IMG/VR virus record: IMGVR_UViG_3300031370_000003
DNA length: 46,345 nucleotides
Reading direction: 5' to 3' (one strand)
Origin: a virus
Lineage: Duplodnaviria > Heunggongvirae > Uroviricota > Caudoviricetes
The notes below the pieces were generated by a model that had not been told where the DNA came from, did no database searches, and saw nothing but the letters and a program-made list of their open reading frames with translations. Shown piece by piece: positions 42,698-46,345 of the stretch. A program made the translations under genes and the position numbers. Each line of letters opens with the position of its first letter. Within the stretch, counting starts at the first letter, position 1.

Positions 42698-43597
42698 ATG
42701 AATCTGTGGCAAATGATGATGGTCAATCGTGGCCTGATGGACGTCGCTGGCAAGGAAGAGCTGGGCGGTGGCGGTGGCGGTGAACCTTCCAAAGAGCAGC
42801 AGGCTGAGCAGCCTGGTGGCGAAGGCAAGGAGCACAACCTAGGCACTGATGACGTACATAAACAGGCACGTCAGCCGGAAACTGAAGACGAATACGCAGG
42901 TCTGTCGCAAGAACAGCTGATCGCAAAGTTGCGTGACGCTAAGAAGTCAGGCGCTGAGCTTTTGAAAGAGAGCATGAAGCGCAAGGAAAAACTGGCTGCT
43001 TATGGTGACATCGACCCAGAACGTGCTCGTCAATTGGTGGACGCGGAAGCTGCGGCAGAACGTGCCCGTCAAGAAGCGGAGCAAACTGAGCTTGAGCGCC
43101 GCGGCGAGTTTGACGCGGTCAAAAAGCAAATGGTTGCCGCTCACCAAGCGGATCTGCAGGTAGAGCGTGACGCTCGAACTCAGGTCGAAGCTGAAAATGC
43201 CACTCTGAAGGCGCAACTGCTTGAGATGACCGTAGGTGCATCTTTCTCTGGTTCCGGTTTCTTGCGTGATAAGGCTCTGATGACACCGGCCAAAGCTCGT
43301 GTGATTTATGGCAACCACTTCGAAGTAGGCGAAGACGGCAGCGTAGTCGGTTATGACAAGCCTGCAGGTCAGAAAGACCGCGCGGTGCTGGTCGATGGCC
43401 ACGGCCAACCACTCGCGTTCGAATCAGCGATTGAGCGTATTTTACGTGCAGATCCTGAAGCCGATGCTCTGCTGCGAAGCGAAGCAAAACCCGGTGCTGG
43501 CTCACAAAGTAAGCCAAGCGCCAAAGTAACCACCCCGGTGAACAAGTCAACGATTGACAAGTTAACTGCGGGGCTGGGAAAAATCGTTACAAAATAA
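42698..43597 (+). CDS. Capsid scaffolding protein
   Basis: Acidic coiled coil with a PGAG-type C-terminal motif; between portal and capsid. Confidence 0.75.
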   Translation: MNLWQMMMVNRGLMDVAGKEELGGGGGGEPSKEQQAEQPGGEGKEHNLGTDDVHKQARQPETEDEYAGLSQEQLIAKLRDAKKSGAELLKESMKRKEKLAAYGDIDPERARQLVDAEAAAERARQEAEQTELERRGEFDAVKKQMVAAHQADLQVERDARTQVEAENATLKAQLLEMTVGASFSGSGFLRDKALMTPAKARVIYGNHFEVGEDGSVVGYDKPAGQKDRAVLVDGHGQPLAFESAIERILRADPEADALLRSEAKPGAGSQSKPSAKVTTPVNKSTIDKLTAGLGKIVTK

Positions 43598-43623
43598 CAT
43601 CTTAATCAAAAGGAATTGAAAAG

Positions 43624-44496
43624 ATGCCATTACTGCGAGACGAAGCTGAAAAGCTGTCTAACAACGAACTGGAACAGGGCGTAATCGAAACTATCATCGA
43701 TCGCGATGACCTGTTTGCCGTTCTGCCTTTCATGAAGATCAACTCTAAAGCGTATCTGTACAACCGCGAAGATTCACTGTCTGAAGCCAGCTTCATTGAC
43801 GTGAACGATGTGGTTCCAGAAGGCGCTGCAACGTTCACCGAGCATGTGGCTAAGCTGCGTATTCTGGCTGGCGACGTTGACGTTGATAAATTCCTGGCAA
43901 CCACCATGGCCGACACCAATAGCCAGCTGGCTATCCAGGTTCGTTCCAAAGTGAAAGGTCTGGCGCGCGCATTCCGCCGCAACCTGATCCAGGGTGACTC
44001 CACCAAAGACGCCAAATCCTTTGACGGCATTGCCAAACTGATGGCTGCTGATCAGGGCATTGTTGCCAACGCTTCCATGACCTTCTCCATGCTCGATGAG
44101 CTGGTTGATGCCGTGAAAGATCTGGGCGCTGATTGCCTGATGGTTCGATCTGAGCATATGCGCGCCTACCGTGCGTTGCTGCGTACCGTAAACGTCGGCC
44201 CGTCTGAAGTGATGATCGAGAACTTTGGTCGTCCGATGCTGACCCACAACGGCATTCCGTTCATCGTGAACGACTTCATCCCTGTTGTTGACGGCGCTGC
44301 CGACATCTACGGCCTGCACCTGTCCGAAGAGAACGGTCTGACCGGTCTGTACGGTGGTGATAATGCCGGTATCGTGGTTGAGTCCATCGGCACCGTTCAG
44401 AACAAAGACGCCCTGCGTACTCGCGTTAAGTGGTACTGCTCTCTGGCGAACAAGCACGATAAAGCGATCGCAGCGCTGAAAGGCGTTAAGATTTAA
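43624..44496 (+). CDS. Major capsid protein (HK97 fold)
   Basis: 290 aa after the scaffold; GDVDVDKF and NGIPFIVND are typical. Confidence 0.85.
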   Translation: MPLLRDEAEKLSNNELEQGVIETIIDRDDLFAVLPFMKINSKAYLYNREDSLSEASFIDVNDVVPEGAATFTEHVAKLRILAGDVDVDKFLATTMADTNSQLAIQVRSKVKGLARAFRRNLIQGDSTKDAKSFDGIAKLMAADQGIVANASMTFSMLDELVDAVKDLGADCLMVRSEHMRAYRALLRTVNVGPSEVMIENFGRPMLTHNGIPFIVNDFIPVVDGAADIYGLHLSEENGLTGLYGGDNAGIVVESIGTVQNKDALRTRVKWYCSLANKHDKAIAALKGVKI

Positions 44497-44502
44497 TCTT
44501 AA

Positions 44503-44526
44503 TGATAGGTAGTTAACTACCTATCA
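44503..44526. promoter_or_regulatory. Perfect extended motif-A palindrome after the capsid gene
   Basis: TGATAGGTAGTTAACTACCTATCA. Confidence 0.7.
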
Positions 44527-44538
44527 ACGATCACTAGC

Positions 44539-44568
44539 AAGGGTGGGCAAGTCGCCCACCCTTTTTTT
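44539..44568 (+). terminator. Terminator after the capsid gene
   Basis: AAGGGTGGGC-AAGTC-GCCCACCC followed by T7. Confidence 0.8.
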
Positions 44569-44579
44569 ATGGAGTAAAC

Positions 44580-45041
44580 ATGGCAGACAAAAAAGTACGT
44601 ATTACCGAAGAAGTGCTCTCGGATTACACGGGTCACATGTTCGGTGTGCCTTTCGTTAATAGTGTGAGCGCGAATCCGGTTGGTGAGCGCCGCCAGGCAC
44701 GAATGCTGGCAGCTCTTCGCGGAGAAGTGATTGACGCTGGTCAGCAGTCTGGTTCAGGCAACACCGCCAGTTCCGGTCAGCAAAAAGTGGCGATCAACGC
44801 CATCTACATGAACCCGGCTTCTACCGGTCTGAAAGTGGGTGAGTCTCGAACTTTGACCTACAACACTGCGCCAGATAACGCCACTGACAAGTCAGGCGTT
44901 TGGAGCACTAACAACGCAGCGATCTTAACGGTTGATCAAAAAGGCAAGATCACGGCTGCAGGTGTAGGTAATGCCGTAGTTACTTTCACCTCAAACGATG
45001 GCCCGTCTTCCACCTGCCAGGTTGCAGTAACCGCGGCTTAA
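44580..45041 (+). CDS. Virion protein with a C-terminal Ig-like (Big_2) domain
   Basis: LKVGES..L.....P.NAT.K...WS..N..I.TVD..G.ITA...GNAVVT. Confidence 0.8.
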   Translation: MADKKVRITEEVLSDYTGHMFGVPFVNSVSANPVGERRQARMLAALRGEVIDAGQQSGSGNTASSGQQKVAINAIYMNPASTGLKVGESRTLTYNTAPDNATDKSGVWSTNNAAILTVDQKGKITAAGVGNAVVTFTSNDGPSSTCQVAVTAA

Positions 45042-45071
45042 CAAACGTGGCCGCTTGCCGGCCACTCAAGG

Positions 45072-45512
45072 ATGAATATGAAATCTGCAAAAGTACGACT
45101 GCTCGAATCATGCTTTAAGGGTTATACAGGCATGTTGTGTGGCATCCAGTTTGAAGATGGCATCTCTGTATCAGAACTGCCATTCGTGGATCAGCAGCGC
45201 ATTTGCTCATCGATGCGCGCAGAAACCATTGAGGGAACCAATGTGTCTCCTTCTGGGATTTATAGCGAGCGCCATGGGTTATCCGCTGACAGCGTAAAAG
45301 AGACCGCAGCGCCAGTTAATGAGCGTATGGAGCGAGTGACCACGCAAGCCCATGTAAGCACTCAGCCTAAGTTCTCTCGTGAAGAGCTGGAAGCGGTAGC
45401 CGACAACGAAGGAATTGCCGGTTTACGCCAGATCGGAAATGAGCTGGGTGTAAAGGGCAAGGGCATCGTTGAGATGATCGAAGGCATTATGAAAGCCCAG
45501 GGCGGTGAATGA
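45072..45512 (+). CDS. Head-associated protein, N-terminus paralogous to the upstream gene, HeH-like C-terminus
   Basis: KVRLLE...YTG..G..F; C-terminal REELE...LRQIG..LGVKG. Confidence 0.75.
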   Translation: MNMKSAKVRLLESCFKGYTGMLCGIQFEDGISVSELPFVDQQRICSSMRAETIEGTNVSPSGIYSERHGLSADSVKETAAPVNERMERVTTQAHVSTQPKFSREELEAVADNEGIAGLRQIGNELGVKGKGIVEMIEGIMKAQGGE

Positions 45513-46342
45513 TGGCTCAGCTCGGCACGTTTAAAAGCAGCGAAGCTGTTTCGCTGTCATTCACTCTCAATGTGCTCGATGCGGCATCCGCAACGTACAC
45601 CCTGAAGGACGGCCGGGCGAACATTGTGGCGGAAGATGTACCAGTGGAGTTTGAGGCTGGCCAGATGTCCGTCACTGTTGTCGTGCCAGCTGAGTACAAC
45701 CAGCTTGTAGATCGTGAACGGGATTTGCGTCGTTTGGTCTTGACGATCAATGACGGCACTATCAATCACCTCAGTGAGCAGCTGTATGTTCTGATGGCAG
45801 ACTTTGAGCTGGCGGTTCCACGGCATTCGTTTGCCACAATCGCTGACGCCCAGATGCAGGCAATCGACATGCTGAATGGGGATGCGTTACTTGCCGATGG
45901 TGACAGCCTGATGCGCAAGCGTCTTATTGAGGCCACGAATCGCATCAAGACAATGCCTTTCTCAATTCGTCGAATCTTCGGTATCGATTATGACGATTAC
46001 GACCGACCGCAAAACATGTTGAACGTCACCACAATGCCGTTTGGCGCAGCAGGACAGTACCGCGTCGATATGGTGGATTGGGATGAGCTGAGCGATGAGG
46101 ATTTTGCCGCTTTCCCGGATGTCTTCAAGCGCGCTGTGATGTTGGCTGTGATCAACGAAGCGTGTGAAATTGCCAACGGCAACGATGTAGCTGCCGCGCG
46201 CGAAGATGGGATTCTCTCGGAGTCGATTGGCGAGACGACCAATATGTACCGAACCGGCAAAAGCGCACCTAAGACGGTGGCCAGAACCACCTGGCGTTTG
46301 CTGGCTAAGTATACCAATAACCGGTTTATCGTTCGTCGGTAG
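45509..46342 (+). CDS. Head-tail adaptor / head completion protein
   Basis: Position after the capsid genes; C-terminal ILSESIGETTNMY. Confidence 0.65.
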   Translation: MMAQLGTFKSSEAVSLSFTLNVLDAASATYTLKDGRANIVAEDVPVEFEAGQMSVTVVVPAEYNQLVDRERDLRRLVLTINDGTINHLSEQLYVLMADFELAVPRHSFATIADAQMQAIDMLNGDALLADGDSLMRKRLIEATNRIKTMPFSIRRIFGIDYDDYDRPQNMLNVTTMPFGAAGQYRVDMVDWDELSDEDFAAFPDVFKRAVMLAVINEACEIANGNDVAAAREDGILSESIGETTNMYRTGKSAPKTVARTTWRLLAKYTNNRFIVRR

Positions 46343-46345
46343 TCA

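Noticed and set aside
1945-44457. Numerous long antisense or alternate-frame ORFs (e.g. 2509-3111, 6905-7681, 43774-44457)
   Set aside because: Shadows of well-supported genes; no RBS or recognisable motifs

Overview
A 46-kb slice of a temperate tailed phage or phage-plasmid of Enterobacterales. The gene content and order resemble the SSU5/pHCM2-like phage-plasmids; this is inferred from protein motifs and synteny, with no database search run. Left to right: (1) the 3' end of an SbcC/Rad50-type ABC ATPase and a RuvC-like resolvase. (2) A nucleotide-supply cluster: nrdA, nrdB, MazG/dUTPase-like pyrophosphohydrolase, thyA, HAD-like protein, DHFR, P-loop kinase, DEDDh exonuclease. (3) A phage Dam methylase followed by a 0.5-kb ORF-free, hairpin-dense segment. 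(4) A ~17-kb accessory region with a DUF2829/Tad2-like gene, TerB plus a DUF3927-like gene, an HD alarmone-hydrolase-like gene, a 2.2-kb foreign insert with repeated 30-bp hairpins, an IS end, a LexA-boxed umuC remnant, a displaced tail-tip gene pair, a DUF4942 methyltransferase, secreted or lipoprotein morons, and two non-coding repeat blocks. (5) A leftward SF2 helicase operon, divergent from a ParB-ParB-ABC ATPase-HExxH-GNAT-wHTH operon. (6) The head module: terminase small and large subunits, portal, scaffold, major capsid, Ig-domain and head-completion proteins. Two dispersed operator-like motifs (an 18-bp palindrome in 8 copies and AGAAAACAANTTGTT in 7 copies) and a 55-bp inverted-repeat element in 2 copies suggest a readable regulatory network. 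No tRNA, rRNA or CRISPR array was found.
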